Part shown: positions 1 through 13,975 of the stretch, piece by piece
How the letters are laid out: each line of letters opens with the position of its first letter
Numbering within the stretch: position 1 is the stretch's first letter
Origin: Eledone cirrhosa
Taxonomy: Eukaryota
Reading direction: 5' to 3'
Assembly: GCA_964016885.1 (NCBI GenBank)
Contig: OZ024741.1
Span: 359,042,001-359,106,000, forward strand
DNA: 64,000 nucleotides
The notes under the pieces: model-generated
Told to the model about the DNA's origin: nothing
Databases searched by the model: none
The model's input: the letters and a program-made list of their open reading frames with translations, nothing else
Made by a program: the position numbers and the translations under genes

Positions 1-110
1 TTGCTGGTACTCATTTTAAGTTGAGTGAACTGGAGCAAGTCTAGGAATTGAACCCACAACCTTATACGTAACTGTAAGTCCAATACTCTAACCACTAGGC
101 CATGCGCCTT
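1..110 (-). mobile_element. Degenerate tRNA-derived SINE 5' head
   Basis: Reverse complement reads ggcgcatggcctagtggttagag...gggttcaattcc (A and B boxes), similar to the SINE head at 13611. Confidence 0.6.
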
Positions 111-329
111 AATGGGAGCAGATGATATAGGGAACAAGGGAAATTCTGAATTTCTCATAGCATCATCCTCATATAGTCAATCTTGGGTACCTTTAGTGGA
201 GTCTACTTGGCTGTAAGCATTAAGTGTAGATCTAAAGAGAGTCAATAACTCCCTCTCCCCAGTCATGAAGACTTGAATAAGGATACAGGCACTGCTCTTC
301 CTCCTCTCACTAAACCATTGTATGTACAT

Positions 330-660
330 ACTGACTCATAACTCATGGTGGAGTCGTAAAGGTGTAGTACTTGCATATGGTGTGTCTTGAGCATTCCAAA
401 TCTGGTTGACCCCATCCCTTTCAAGGTCCAAACATAACCGATTTCCTTCAGAGAGAAAGTGATATAGTGGAAGAATCAACCCCAATACTAGACTGGTGCT
501 TTATTAATTGACCTTGAAAGGATAAATAACAAAGTTGACCTCAAAAGAATGAAAGGCAAAGTTGACCTTGGTGAAATTTGAACTCATGGCATAGAACACT
601 AACACAAACACCAAAAAGCATTATATTTGATGTTCTAATAACTCAGCTGCCTAAACCATT
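330..660 (-). mobile_element. Degenerate copy of second SINE family (gcctttcatc...gataaaataaagtaccag domain)
   Basis: Reverse complement resembles 19560-19755 and the extension seen at 27780-27880 and 31225-31320. Confidence 0.45.
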
Positions 661-1289
661 AAAGGGAAAAAAAGGTTATGAAGTTGATGTTAGAAGCAGT
701 AACACAGAACCATCTTTGAGGGTAGGAGACTAACTCAAAGGCCAACACAAAGGGTAGAAACTCTAGCTACGCCCAGGGCTGATGTTACCATTAAGGCCAA
801 CATAGCAGCCACCTAAGGCACAGACCTCATTACTGAACCTTAGAGAATCACAATTTTATAAAAATTTGTTTAATTAAATTAAACATATAATAATTTCCTC
901 CAATCATTAAGTAAATTACTTCACATCTTTTCCACATGTTATGGAAATATCCAAAGAAATTGAAAATAAGGACAACGTCAACTTTTACAACAGTTACAAG
1001 AACAACAGAAACGACAAGAAAAAGAAGCAATGGTGATGAAAGGTGTGGGTGTATACATACATACAATCATACATACACATGCATACATACATACACATAT
1101 ATACACACACAGGCCGGCGTTGGTGTTTGATGAGGTTGAGAACCTGGTCAGCTTTCAGCCAGAGCTGTGATATATAAACACACACTAATAAACTAAGATA
1201 GAATACAATAACCAAAACACAGTGACCCAAATGTGAACACGCACACCAAACACTATACACACACGCAAACGCATGTGCAAAGACGAAGA

Positions 1290-1989
1290 CAAAAATAAAT
1301 AAATAGATAAAATAAAAATGGCGTAGACATTACAATTCATACAATACAGGAGGGGAAACATGATAATAGTACCACTGATGATGTTGCAGATGTGCAACGA
1401 AAGAACTTTGTTAGACTATATATATATGTATTAATATCTCAGACCGGGTGATGTGTTGTTTCCTTGAGCAAGACACTTTATTCCTCATTGCTCCAGTTTA
1501 CTCAGCTATAGAAATGAGATGATAGGACTGGGGTCCCTATCATTCCACTGCAAAGTGGTCGTGGAGGTGCCACGGCAAAAAAGCGCTCAGCCCACACTGT
1601 AAAGTGGACGTGTAGGCGCCATGGAAAAAAAGCACCCAGCAATGTAAATGAGGTTGGTGTTAGGAGGGGGCATCCAGCTGTAGAAATCGAGCCAGAATCA
1701 GTTCCCGTCCCACCCTTGCAAGCAGGGAAAAGCGGGCGTAAAATGATGATGATGAGGATGACGATCTGTATTTTTGACCGTTGGTCAGTCAGTGATAAAC
1801 ATTGATGACCAAATGAATTAACTGTGGGGATATAAAAGATGCAGAAGCGGAAACCAACCAAACAGTGAGTGTGTGCTGTTATTATTTCTGGCAATATTAT
1901 TACAACAATATGACCCTCCCCAAGTATAACAATATTTGTTTCGACACGATTTCATATAAAAAACTTTGCAAAACAAATTCATCGCCGTC

Positions 1990-1992
<3 letters not shown>
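1290..1992 (+). mobile_element. Penelope-like pLTR-type segment with hammerhead core, split by a SINE
   Basis: 1290-1430 and 1765-1992 align colinearly with 55880-56278, which adjoins the PLE ORF. CTGATGA-T-GTTGCA-GATG-TGCAAC-GAAA lies at 1375-1402, and the segment ends in (TA)n. Confidence 0.75.
1437..1765 (+). mobile_element. 5'-truncated CORE-type SINE with RTE-B-derived 3' tail
   Basis: Has the ccttgagcaagacacttta CORE-like block, a tail matching the RTE-B 3'UTR (35565-35720) and a (GAT)n-like end. Confidence 0.85.
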
Positions 1993-2029
<37 letters not shown>

Positions 2030-5012
2030 TGTTATTTGACGTTGTAAAGAGCAGTGGCCTTTGACCCGGCAATAAAAACTGGAGACAAAATTCTTCCTGT
2101 ACCAAAAACAAGGCACACACAGACACACAAGTTTGTGTGTGTGTATCTATGTATATATATATATATATATAAGGGATACAGATATTTTGCTCACTGTCAC
2201 TAAGCATCTCAATTCATTCGTTGCAACTAAGTTTGTGATCGAGGCACTTTATTTTGCAAGGTACTATTTTTCCCTTGAGTTTGTGATTCAAGAAAAAGGT
2301 AAGAAATTTTTCGTATTTTGCATCTTTTGTATTTTGACTTTAGAGTTTGAATTGTAGAATTGTCTATCCACTCAAAATATTACTACAGTTAACAGTGAAA
2401 TATAGAATTTTAAAAAAAAGCTTTTTCGACTGAGATCAAATCTTTGAGAACATTCACGTCTATTTTTCAAAAATATATAATTTGAAATAGCTTGCTTTTG
2501 TTTTGGACTGAAACTTTTTTGTATTTAATTCGTACGAGTATTTTTTAAAGATTTTTTTAAAGATTCTAACATAACTTGATTTGGTCCAGTAATCTACTGA
2601 TATCAAAATCAGTAGTATATTGAAAAATAGAAAAATGGGCATTTCGTGATTTCAAGGGGCAAAAGGGGGCATTTGGCCGAAATTGGTTGAGAACCTTTGC
2701 TCTAGAGGGAAGTGCAAAATGTCATCCTATGCTTATTAGTTATGAAAAAAGAAACTGACACATTTAAAAGGTTTGAGGATAGGAATCTCCCTCTCCAGCC
2801 AGGCTCTCAATAACTTCTTCAAGTGCCACTTGAAGAGGAAGGTGAAGATAGAGAGGGAGGTACTGCTTTTTAGTGTGTTTTATGAAAGTTGGGTGAGAGC
2901 AACTAGACTGACAAGGCTAAATACACTTACTTTGACAATACTTTTTTAAGCAGGAGGAAATAAACTGGGAGAAGGCATTCTCAATGTCCTTCATGTAACA
3001 TAGTAATCCAGGATTTGTGGGAAGGGTGCCTCTGAATTACCATAGGGAGTCATTCTCTCCTAATGGGGATCCTTTCCTAGTCGACACTGTTTTCCCTTTG
3101 TTTGTGATCTCTTTCCTACACTCAATGTACAAAATATCTTTATATCTGCCGAGATACCTTTATATCTGTCGGGATCCAAGAGTCAGCATAGACCGTATAA
3201 TGTGAAGAATGTTTTTACTGTGGTGGCAGATACAAATAGGACTGGATATCATATCTGCTAGAAAAAGATGCAACAAAGTACTAGTCACAGTATAAGAGGG
3301 TCAACAAATTAAGAATTTAGAGCAGTTATATACTAAGTTATCATAACATATATAGTATCCCAACAGATATAAAGGTATTTTGTACTTTATTAGAACTTAT
3401 CCCAAGACAATTCCTGATGATTAGTTTCATGTCTTCTGTAGCTTTACCAAAATCAATAGTGGGTAATCGATAATCGATTACTTTGATTGATTTTTGCTTC
3501 GGTTTACAAACTATAAAACGGTACCATAAGGAAAATAAGTATGTACTTTTCCCTAAATATATGCTTTATATATATGTACAAAATCCTATTTGTTTCTCTA
3601 ACAATATAAGGCTCTTCCTCTCTCTCTGTACATATATCTTTTAATTTGAATTATTGATGCTCTGGACAAATGCCCATTGAGCTTCTCAACTGAGAAACAT
3701 AATCATACATATTATATATGTTATGATACCTTAACAGTATATATATACACTGCTTGAAATATTAATGACTGGTTTGTATGTCATTTTTTTTACTATAAAC
3801 TAACATAATTCAAGGACAATGTCTAATGATGTTTTTTGTTTATTTCATTATTAACACAGCTGTTAATATTTTTGCTGTTACTGTTACTGCTGTTACAGCT
3901 GTTCTTGCTACTGTTCTCTCTCTCTGCCTCCTGCTCGTTTCATTCTCTTTTCTTTCCTCCCTCTGCTACTGCTTCTCTCCTGTTTTATTCTCCCTCACTT
4001 TCTCTCATTTGTTTTGATCTTTCCTATATATATATATCTTTCTTTCACTGCTTATTTCACCTCCTCTCTCTCAATGTTTATTCCATTCATCCTCTGCCCC
4101 CACTTATCACGCCAATGCATTTTTTGTAACTATGGCAACTAGATAGCAAATCATTCAGAACAGGAATCACTGTTGATCTAATTAATCATTTATGATATTT
4201 ATTATTTCTTGTGATAAGCAGGGCCAGTTCTTCTATTATGGCCAACTAGGCAGCTGCCAAGGGCACAGACCCCAGGGAGGTGCATTACTGAAACTTAAAG
4301 GATCACACTTTCATACAAATTTCTATAATTATAACAATTCCCTGTGGTTGATGAATAAGATTTGTCAGATTACCAATCTGAAAGATGAAATTAATTTATT
4401 TGTGAGAATGGGGGAGCCTAACTGTCAAAAGGGGGCAACAGGGCACTGAATAGCCAAGCACTTACTTTGATAACAAGTATAGGGCTGGGAAGCTGTTGTG
4501 TGGGAAGCAGTAAAAATAAGACAACTACATGGATAAGGCACTGGACTACTTGCTTATAATCTTCAATTCTTTTATTGGTGGTGCCCCAGCATGGCCACAG
4601 CCCACAGACAGGAACAGGTAAAAGGAGGTTAAAGAATAGGAGAGTATTTTTTTTACTTATCTCAGTTATTAGACTGTAGTCATGTTAGGGCACAGAGTTG
4701 AAGGGAGTTAGTCAATAATATCAACCCCAATCCTTTTCCATGTCTGCTCTCTCTTTGTCAAACCTCTATGTTCTGGGATATCGACACACACACAACTATA
4801 TGTGCGTATATATATACATATATATGATAGACTTCTACACAGTGTCTGTCTACAAACTTCACTCATAAGGCATAGGTCAGCCCAAGACTATAGGAAAAAA
4901 CTCTTGTCCAAAGTGCTACACGGTGAGACTGAACTTGAAACCAGGTGATTGCAAAACAAACTTCTTAATTACAAAGCCATGCCTGCACCTCTGTTAACCA
5001 TTCATCCATGCC

Positions 5013-5015
<3 letters not shown>

Positions 5016-5065
<50 letters not shown>
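5016..5065. repeat. (TA)n microsatellite
   Basis: Pure TA run. Confidence 0.95.
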
Positions 5066-5068
<3 letters not shown>

Positions 5069-5225
5069 AATGGTAAACAGAAGTAACAAAGCAAAGGACA
5101 CAGTACAATGAAGAAAAATATTAGTTTCACACTTAATATAGTAGGAAAATAGTCTTAACGTTTCGGATGTTAGTCCTTCTTCAGAAAATAGAATGAGAAA
5201 TTAAAGAAGAAATAGAAGGATAGAG
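5066..5225 (-). mobile_element. Hammerhead-containing non-autonomous (PLE-derived) element arm
   Basis: Minus strand reads CTGAAGA-A-GGA-CTAACA-TCC-GAAACGTT at ~5156-5184. Homologous to both arms of the 33085-33447 foldback and abuts (TA)n. Confidence 0.65.
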
Positions 5226-5477
5226 GGAGCAGTGGCAGAAGAAGAAAAAAAATTTCTTTGAAAAAAAAACAAAAAAAACAACAGGTTTATTCAGGTTGCC
5301 ATGAAAAAAGTATACACAGTTCATGGAGGGGTTACTTGATAGCAACAACACATTCCTGCCAGTCATAAAGCCACTCAGAGTCATCTGTTTGATGTATTTT
5401 ACAAGGTCTGGAAGCACCATGTAGTCTGTGAGGGCCGTGCTAGTCTCTTTATGTTTACCATTATAATTCATCTATAT

Positions 5478-5670
5478 TGGTGGATTGGCAGTATAGGTAG
5501 AACATCAAACACCATGCTTTGCAGCATAGAATTATGGCCCTTTTCATTCCGAGTTCAAATCCCATCGAGATAAGCTTTGCCTTTCATCCTTAAGGGATTG
5601 ATAGAATAAAGCACCAGTAATATACTGGGGTAATTGCTGGCCTAAGCCCAAAGTAGAAACAATTATTATA
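5478..5670 (+). mobile_element. Second SINE family copy (Meta-domain-like centre)
   Basis: gagttcaaatccc B-box followed by gcctttcatcct...gatagaataaagcaccag; aligns with 19560-19755 and 20280-20460. Confidence 0.7.
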
Positions 5671-6754
5671 TATACTTTAGCTATTATGTATTATAGCACA
5701 TACTTTACATTTTATGTTATATTTTTTTTATTCTATATTTCATTTGTAATTTTTGATATTATGTGACCCCATTTTACACACCAATTACCTACTTAATTAC
5801 TTTCAACTAATTACTTACATTTACTACTTATCATTATAATTATACCTACCCACTCTTCACAAGTTATTCACTTTTATCATTTATATACCTTTTAGAGTGT
5901 ACTATTACAATATTTCCTTATGGCTAGAATAGGTGGCGTTCTTACTAATATTGCCATTAGTAAGAGGCAATGCCATGAATGGATATAAGCTGTTATCTGA
6001 TGTGCATTACATCATGTACCAACCATCTAGCTGTCTTTTGAGTTATCTATTGGGATGCCATGATTTGATTCCCTACCCAGAGTGCTTGGTATAAATTGAA
6101 CAGAATGCTCAAGAAATATTCCTCTATTTTTCATATACTGAATTATCATGGTTGCATTGACCTTTATTTGGATCCTGGGGACTAGAGAATGATGGGTTGG
6201 TCGATCTCATGATTAGACCACAGAACTGCATTTTTTCACCGTAAACTTAGATTTAATATAAATGTACACACAAATAAATTTGTTTCATCAATCACTTTTT
6301 AATCAATGGTTTACTTTTTAACTAACTACATCCATTGTAATTATCACTATTCACTTTTTATAACTCTTTAGAATTTTCTACTTTCTATTGATCTATTTAC
6401 CGTTCATTGTTATTTTTTTTTTAAATTTTAATTTAATTAAAAAGAAATAATTAATATTTTAATTATTTACCACAGGTTCCTAACTTTTATAATCTTTGTA
6501 AACTCTATAGTTTTATAATGCTTTACACCACTAATTTTGATACTCTTTAAGAGATTCACCATCACGCTATCCGGGTTTTTAGCCAGGGCTAGCACACCCT
6601 TCACAGACTACATGGTGCTCCCAGAGCTTGTAAAATACATCAAACTCTTAACTGAGTGGCTGGAATGTGTCGCTGTCAAGCACACCCATGCCTCTTGGTC
6701 ATGCCTATGAACCCACAATACATAGCATCAAGCCATAGAAACCAAGCCAGAAAC

Positions 6755-6861
6755 AGTTCTGTATGAGCAAGATACGGTCACCTGATCTAACTTGTCTCAC
6801 AATGGGACAACTTGTCTAACCCATGCTAGAATGGAAAAATAGACATTAAACCATGATGATG

Positions 6862-6916
<55 letters not shown>
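6755..6916 (+). mobile_element. RTE 3' tail fragment ending in (GAT)n followed by (TA)n
   Basis: tatgagcaag...ggacaacttgtctaacccatgctagaatgg...gatgatgat is homologous to the RTE-B end. Confidence 0.7.
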
Positions 6917-6921
<5 letters not shown>

Positions 6922-6967
6922 GTTGTAGGTACAAACAAAAGAAAAGGGGAATCAATACACCATATAG

Positions 6968-7268
6968 AAGTTGAATATTAACAGTTTGATTTAACTCCAC
7001 ACAACCAGCAGTTTCAAGACAAAAATATGTATAAATCATTGGATGCATTTGAGAAAAGTAAAACAAGATATAAAAAGGAATTTGGGATCATGCTGGTAAG
7101 GGCCATCACATGACTTGAACCAACCAATGGAGAACCTTAGCAAGCATGGCACCAAATACTATTTTTCATCTTGCTTTACTTTTCTCAAATGCACCTGATG
7201 ATTTAAATGTGTTTTCATCTTGAAACTGCTGGAAGTGTGAAGTTAAGTCAAACAGTTAATATATATTT
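6968..7268. repeat. Imperfect ~100-bp inverted repeat (foldback) with CTGATGA...GAAAC in the right arm
   Basis: 6975-7075 is the approximate reverse complement of 7160-7262. Confidence 0.7.
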
Positions 7269-7917
7269 AATGAATTCTTTCATATATCCTGTGGTATTTT
7301 ACAAATATATTTTGTTGTCATATTCATTTACAATAGTGATAGACAGAACCAATTAGCTGATTTTCACAGATCAATGACATCTATTAATAACTGATCAGCT
7401 CTAATGTGTTCAGGTAGAGATGCAGCTTGCAGTTTTATGACTTCACTCTAAAACACCGGGGGAGAAAATTATTGGTCCTTTTCAGCTTATTTAAGGATTT
7501 TAGGACCATTTGATGTAAAATAAATAAATCTTTTTACATACACACACATACATACGTTATTTTTCTTTTTGCTGAACGCCGTCAGTTTCAACAAAGAATA
7601 GTTCAGTAATCAAATAAAGAGAACAGCCTGCTCATGAAATTAGGTAGCCAAGCATTCCATAGACACAAATGTACTTAACATAGTTCTCGGGGAGATTCAG
7701 CATGACAGTATATGCTACAAGGAATTACAGGTACAGTGCAACCAAAATGCCTCCAAACAGTTTCCATCTATCCAATTTCACTCACAATACAATGGGTCAA
7801 ACCGAGGCTATGGCAAATGACATTTTTTCAAGATGCTATGCAGTAGAATCAAAACCAGGATATAATGGTTGCTAAAGGAACTTAACCATTCTGCCATGCT
7901 GTGGCTATATATCTATA

Positions 7918-9435
7918 CACATTGAGGAATTTAGCTTGCAAGTAAGAATCCTTCAGGGCTCTGTCCTAGCCCTCTCTTGTTTATTATCATGTAGGCTATA
8001 ACGGAAGAGTTTAAGACTGGCTGCCCATGGAAACTCCTATATGCCAATAATCTATAACTCATAACCAAATCTATGGCAGAATTAGAAAAGAAATTTCAAA
8101 CTTAGAAGAATAGCTTAGAAGCAAAAGGTCTTAAAATAAACTTAACAAAGACAAAATCCTGATAAGCAGAAAGGAAAATAGGGCCCAGATTCTTTCAGTG
8201 TGCAGGAAATGAGTGGGTAGTAATTTCATCCAAATACAAACTATGTGTGAAAAAGAGATGTAGTGGGATCTCAGGCAGGCTAGCAAAAAACGTAGGTTTT
8301 TTTTTATGTGGTCATCAATATACAAGGGCAGCAACAGCTCACAGAAAACAAGTCCCTTTAAATGCTCATAGAGATCTGTAGTAGTAGTTAATAGCTTCTG
8401 TTGCCTCACTGACCAAATTAGCAATGGAAGTGGGTGTTCTAAAAGTACAGTAGCAAGAGAGAGAATGGGATGAAGAAAGCTAGCTACAAACTTTTTTTTC
8501 TTCAAAATGAAAGGCAGATTGTATGATGCTTGTATACTGACAGCAATGTTGCATGGAAGTGGAGCCTGAGCACTGTGTGCAGCAGACCTATGAAGATTGG
8601 AAACAAATGAAGATTGGAAAGAAATGAAGCTTGCATGCTCCAATGGATGTGTAATAGTAGTGTGCATAAAAGGTGAAGCGTCATTGATCTGAGAGAGAAA
8701 CTAGGCATAAGAGGGGTCAGATAGAGTGTACAGGAGAGTAGATTGTGGAAGTTTGGACATGTGATACTTATGGAGGATGACAGCTGTATAAAAAGGTAAA
8801 GGTTACTCAAAGGCAACAGAAACTAGGAAAGCTTGGGATGAAATGAGATAAGCTGACCATGCCCAATTAAACCTCACAAAGAAGATGACACAGGATCAAG
8901 ATATCTGGCATCATACTGTACTCAGATGACCTGCCTTCCCATGTACACAAAATGGAATGAAACAAACATGTAGAGTACATACTAGTCTACACCAATCTTC
9001 TCTTTACCCTTCCCCAATCTTAATACTCTGCCCTCACCAGCTAAATATCCCATGCACCTTGACCATGTCGAAATTGCTTACTTGTCCCCATCCAAACCCT
9101 CAACCCCAATTCACCTCATATACCCAACCCACACATACAAGCATGAAAGCCAGACTTGTTTTACATCTGTTCTCCCACAATGCTGTTGCCACAACAAAAA
9201 GCACTAAGTCCAACCTGTATGCTGATTCTGTGTCACAACAAGAACACCCAGTCTATCCCGTTAGGTGGTTGTTTTGGTGCCATGATACAAACCACCCAGC
9301 TCATACTGTAACATGGTTGGTGTTAGGAAGGGCATCCAGCTGTAAAAACCAAGTCAAAATACAGATTTGTATGAACAAGACATGGTCTCCGACCTGACTT
9401 GTCTCATAATAGAAAAATAGACATTAAATTATGAT
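7918..9435 (+). pseudogene. Old, heavily degraded RTE LINE 3' portion (RT through 3'UTR)
   Basis: Recognisable [19 protein letters not shown] and [10 protein letters not shown] coding remnants with stops and frameshifts; ggttggtgttaggaagggcatccagctgta tail at ~9315-9345. Confidence 0.85.
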
Positions 9436-9794
9436 ATATATATATATATATGTGTGTGTGTTCCTAAATGTAGTTCTTATAGAAATTCAGCATAGTGTAA
9501 TACAGTATGTCATAAGACTAGTCTTTTGAATTACAAGTACAACTCATTTTTGCCATAGATGTGTACTGGAGCAACATGAAATAAAGTGTCTTGCACAGGG
9601 ACTCAACAGGCTGCCAGGAATTTAACTCACAACTTTACAATCATGACCCAGCGCACGCACGCACACACACACACACACAATGATGCTAATTTGGGACTGT
9701 AGATTTACAGGTATAAAAATATCAAGAAAGATACCGATGCAGTAATTCCATTACATTAGCAGAGTCATATTTATTATATTTTATAGATATCTTG

Positions 9795-11012
9795 TTTTAC
9801 CAATAATATAATAATGAAATTATTGTGTAAAGTGCTCAGATGCACTACAACTCGTCAAAGGTGCATGTATAGTACATAAAATAATATACAAATGTCAAGG
9901 AAGTGAATAGTGTCATGATATACATGTGTGTATGTGTATGGAGGGGGAATATTAGGTGTAGTGTTGGCGAATCTCGGGAAGCATGGAGGTTTTAAAGGAT
10001 GTAGTGTCTCGACAGCTAACAACTGATGCAGGTAGTTTGTTCCATGCTTCAGCAACTCTGAGCGTGAAAAGATGTTTCCGAAAGTCATAGGAACTGTGCT
10101 GTTTTCTGACTTTGTGGGCATGCCCACGTGTGTTAGACACATGGAAATCAAAAAGGTACTCAGGGTTGTTGTTGGCAAGATGGTTAATAATTTTGTGGGT
10201 GTTTACCAAGTTAGTTGCCAGGCGTCGGAGCTTCAATGTATCCATGCCCAGGGAAGCAAGGCGTTCAGAGTATGGTAGATGCCTGATGGAGGGTATTCAC
10301 TTGGTTGCACGTCTCTAAACAGTTTCCAGGCGGTCAATGTTCTGAGCAAGATAGGGATTCCAGACTGGTGATGCAAATTCTAAGTATGGCTGCAGCATAG
10401 CCATGTACAGCCTTAAATTGATAGCTGGAGAGCGGCTGACAAAGGTCCTGCTGAGTGATGCTAAGACACCCTCAGCCTTCTTGACAATTTTAGAGACATG
10501 CTTCGTCCAACGCAAATCGCTGCTGACCGTAATGCCCAGGTCACGTTCACAAGAAGACTTCTTGATATTAGTGTTGTGGAGGGAGTATGTGGACGCTGGG
10601 TTTTTATTCCCAAAATGCATGGTGGTGCACTTGTCCACAGCCAGCTTGAGTTACCAGTCAGTGATTCATTGTTGCATTGTGTCCAGGTCAGATTGCAGGC
10701 AGGATCTATAGTGTTCAGGATCTGTCCTTTTTATCTCAAGGTACAGCTTGATGTCATCTGCATATTTCAGTACTGTGGCATTCTTTAAGTTGGCATCTAT
10801 GTCATTAATATATGCCACAAACAAAAGGGGGCCAAGAACAGATCCCTGTGGTACACCGGATGACATCTCATATGGTGAGGAATGCTGTCCTAGAACCGTG
10901 ACTACCTCTCTTTGACTGAGAATGAAGGACTTCAACCAGTTAAAAAGATCATCCTTCACACCCATTGTAGAGAGTTTTGCCATAAGTCTTTTGTGTGGCA
11001 CAGAATTGAAAG
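9795..11012 (-). mobile_element. 5'-truncated CR1-clade LINE (RT fragment, C-terminus and 3'UTR), inactivated
   Basis: AFNSVPH, GVPQGSVLGPLLF, YADDIKLY, ERDLGITVS, LEFASPVWNPY and RVAEAWNKLP are spread over several broken ORFs. Confidence 0.9.
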
Positions 11013-11384
11013 CTTGGATATATACTGGAGTCTCACCGAAGCCAACAACTAATTCATTCACTATATGATTGAATAATAATTTGAAAGCAATGCTTAAATA
11101 CATTGTTATATAGAACTTAAGAAATATTTATCCATTTCTAATACAATGCTTATAAATAGCACTGAAATGGTTACTAGGTAGAAATGTATTAGTAACCAAC
11201 TCTGAATATATCTGATTCTTTTATTTATTCTTATAAACCATGCAGCTTGGTATTTATTATTGGAAATTCAAAGAGTAATCTCAAATAGCAATTCTATATA
11301 AACTGGCAGATTTTGAGTCCTCAGGTTAGACAGGATAATAGTTAACAAGTAACTAATTTATTGAGTAATAGCCAATGGTTACAA

Positions 11385-11705
11385 CATATACTGTGTGATA
11401 GTTAGTAGCTCTGTAATACACTGTGTGAAAGCTAATAGTTGTGTCATATAGTATGTAATGGCTAATAGTTGTGTGATACAGTGTGTAATAGCTAACAGGT
11501 GTGTAATACATTGTGCAATATATAAAGTTATGTAATACACAGTATAATATCTAATAATTATGTAATACATGTAGTTACTAATAGTTGTGAGATACACTAT
11601 GTAACAGTTAATAGATTTGTAATAACTTGTGTAATGCATTGTGTAATAACTGTTTACTGTGTAATACCTTGTGTAATAGCTAAAAGGTATGCCATACATT
11701 GTGTA
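11385..11705. repeat. Degenerate ~33-bp minisatellite
   Basis: Recurring atacactgtgtgatagctaatagttgtgt units. Confidence 0.7.
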
Positions 11706-11779
11706 TGTTTATTATACATAAACATATTGGATTTGCTTACATATACAACTGTAGTTATACAATTACATATACTCCCAAG

Positions 11780-11895
11780 TGAAGGTGTGTGGCTGAGTGG
11801 TTAGAAAATTGGATTCACAATCATGAGATTGTGATTTCGATTCCCAGAACAGGGGATGCGTTATGTCCTTGACCAAGACACTTTATTTCATGTTA
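11780..11895 (+). mobile_element. Degenerate SINE head (tRNA-like plus CORE)
   Basis: tggctgagtggttag A-box, gatttcgattccc B-box, ccttgaccaagacacttta. Confidence 0.65.
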
Positions 11896-13610
11896 AAATA
11901 CATAGCAGACCTTCAAATTTATAGGTCAAAGTCAGCTTGGTGCATGTAACTGGAATTGACAAGATGTTAAATGCAAAATATCTATCTTCATTTTACATCC
12001 ACTGTATGAGGGGCCCACCAAACCTTAAGTACCTTGGGTGCACCAAGATCCAAATCCAGCCGTAATTAGGTGACCTATATTTCACATCTGGCCTGAGCCT
12101 TTTACCTGCATTGGAGTTACTACATTTCATGTCTAGCATGGGCCTGCATTTCCCAACTGGCCTGGACTTCTTGATGGTCTACATTTTATATTTGGCCTGG
12201 GTATATTACCTGCTTTGCAAAGTAGTGTACAAAATTTCAACAATTTTTAAATGAAGTTATATAAAACTGCTAACTAGTATCTATAAATTATATCCTGTCA
12301 AAAACCATGCACTACGCCAGTGATTCTCAACCGTGAGATCTTCCTAAGTGTGCCGCGAAATTTTGAACGGCACACTAAGAAAATGCGAAAAACCACGTGA
12401 TCCCAATTGAGTATTCAGTGTGTAGTGTAACATGTTGCACCACGTAGCTTTGTTCATTGAGGGATGAGCGAAATGTTTCCAAATGTCGCAGTGCTAAAAA
12501 TTCTATATCTTTTGTCATTAGTATTGATCATATGAATGGATATTGGTGAATACTTAAGACCCCCCCCCCCCTTCTTTTAATTAACTTTTTTTTAATATCA
12601 AACCACCTGAAACCACACCTGGCTTAACATTAAACTGTTTATTTTAAAGTAAATATTTATCCGAAAAATCTTCCATTTATAATATTATGTAAGAACCTAT
12701 TTTAAGGTATGCTCCAAATGCCAACTTAATAATGAAAAAGTCAGTTATATTATTAAATCCCTCCAAATACTTGATTATTTTTGAAATTGATTATTTGAAA
12801 AGCATAGGCAGTGTTTTTCATTAAAAACATGGTAAATGAAAAATTTAGTCAGATGATTGAAGATGTTCAGTGTTTTGTTCAGCCCAAATTCAGACCATAG
12901 GTGCTGCTGGAACTTATTTTAATTTTCAGCCAAGTTGACTGGAGCAATGTGAAATGATGCCTTTTGCTCAAGGACAAAATATGCCCATCAGTTGAGGAAC
13001 TGAATCCACAAGGCTTATCCTGGTTCCATTGAAATTAATCAAATGATGGTACAAAACAACCCAATAAACCAGATGCCAATCCAGCTGTGACTAGTACTCA
13101 AATTTTCCAGCTGAGTGGACTGAAGCAAAATGAAATAAGGTGTCTATGACAAGGACAGAACTTGCTGCCTGGTCTAGAAATTAAACCCATGAACTTATAA
13201 TCGTGATACCAATGCTCTAACCATTAAGCCTTAAGCCATGTACCTTTACTATTCTCCAATAATAGTAACAAATATATCGACACATTATTGTGTGCCATAA
13301 ACCCAAAGACTATGGCTAACTTCCAACTGAACTGAATGAGTAAGTAGTGATTAGATTTCCTTATTTCTTAGTTGAATTTATTGTCCATTAATAACACCAA
13401 AGATGGTTCCTTGAGAATAATAATATAGCTGTCACCCAGCATTTCTTTCCTGTTCTTTGTAAATCTAATGTTTCAATATTTATGTAACCACGTGAGTAGA
13501 ATTTGCTGAACAAAAACTGTGCAGAGGCAGCACTTTGTGTGTGTGTGTGCATGTACATACATGGATATATACACACACACACACACTTACATACATATAT
13601 ATATATATAT

Positions 13611-13960
13611 GGAGGCACATGGCTTAGTGGTTAGAGCATTAGCCTTGCAATCGAAAGGTTGTGAGTTCAATTCTCAGACTGGGTGATGTGTTGTTTCCTT
13701 GAGCAAGACACTTTATTTCACATTGCTCGAGTTTACTCAGCTGTAGAAATGAGATGATAGGGACTGGGGTCCATATCATTCCACTGCAAAGTGGTCGTGG
13801 AGGTGCGACGGTAAAAAAAAAACACCCAGTATTCACTGTAAATGAGGTTGGTGTTAGGAAGGGCATCCAGCTGTAGAAATCAAGCCAGAATCAGTTCCCG
13901 TCCCACCCTTGCAAGCAGGGAAAAGCTGACGTAAAATGATGATGATGATGATGATGATGA
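13611..13960 (+). mobile_element. Full-length tRNA/CORE SINE with RTE-type tail
   Basis: A-box tggcttagtgg, B-box gagttcaattc, CORE-like ccttgagcaagacacttta, RTE-B-like tail and (GAT)n end; sits in a TA run. Confidence 0.9.
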
Positions 13961-13975
13961 TATATATGTATGTAT

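Noticed and set aside
2640-2706. hAT/Charlie-like terminus (ggttgagaacc..tctaga), with a similar end at 12318-12335
   Set aside because: Only isolated single ends; no matching partner TIR or TSD could be established.
13611-13685. Possible tRNA gene
   Set aside because: A and B boxes are present, but the acceptor and anticodon stems do not pair well and the sequence runs into the CORE and RTE tail, so it is a SINE head.
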